Of a DNA stretch of 64,000 bases, positions 63,715 to 64,000 are shown piece by piece. The stretch is taken from contig JAQGDQ010000091.1 of NCBI GenBank assembly GCA_030141605.1, forward strand, positions 496,001-560,000. Reading direction: 5' to 3'. The notes beneath the pieces are model-generated. The model did no database searches and had not been told where the DNA came from. It worked only from the letters and a program-made list of their open reading frames with translations. The stretch's first letter is position 1, and each line of letters opens with the position of its first letter. A program made the position numbers and the translations under genes. Source of the DNA: Tubiluchus corallicola. Taxonomy: Eukaryota; Animalia; Priapulida.

Positions 63715-64000
63715 GTATGTGGTTTATGTTAACACAAACAAAGCAAAACTAACAAGAATCTAGTTGGCCTTACTAGCCCTTAATTCCAATGTTGGTTCGG
63801 CACTGTAATTCGTGGTTACAGAAAATTTCTTACCAATTATTTTAATTAGCTATATAGAACTATACAACACTAAAAGAATGGAAAAAATACTTATAGGACT
63901 CACCAAGTGATCTTTGTCAGTGTTTTAATGTAACGAAGAACACCATCTAAATTATTCGTTAGGTAAATTTCAGCTGGGTGGTTATGCTTAAATTTAAATT

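Overview
AT-rich, intron-containing invertebrate animal DNA. The TTAGGG-type interstitial repeats and the transposon families suggest a non-arthropod, possibly lophotrochozoan, genome (inference). Gene models were spliced by hand from GT-AG sites and reading-frame continuity. In order: (1) a complete 4-exon Wnt10 gene (+, 320-12317); (2) a sphingomyelinase C/EEP-family gene (+, ~17865-19361) whose motifs resemble bacterial enzymes, with the whole catalytic domain in one exon behind a small 4-Cys module; (3) three tandem minus-strand, two-exon genes (19942-39237) that the ORF track misses or shows partly in the wrong frame. Each has a 15-18 codon signal-peptide exon, a phase-0 intron, a basic Arg/Lys patch and a long Gly/Asn/Ser low-complexity body studded with Tyr or Trp. 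They are candidate lineage-specific secreted structural, adhesive or biomineral-matrix proteins and the most interesting system here; (4) USB1 (-, 7 coding exons) head-to-head with DHRS1 (+, runs off the window) around a perfect NRF1-type palindrome. Microsatellites, Tc1/mariner and Tigger elements, and LINE, copia, IS3EU-like, foldback and solo-LTR-like fragments are interspersed.
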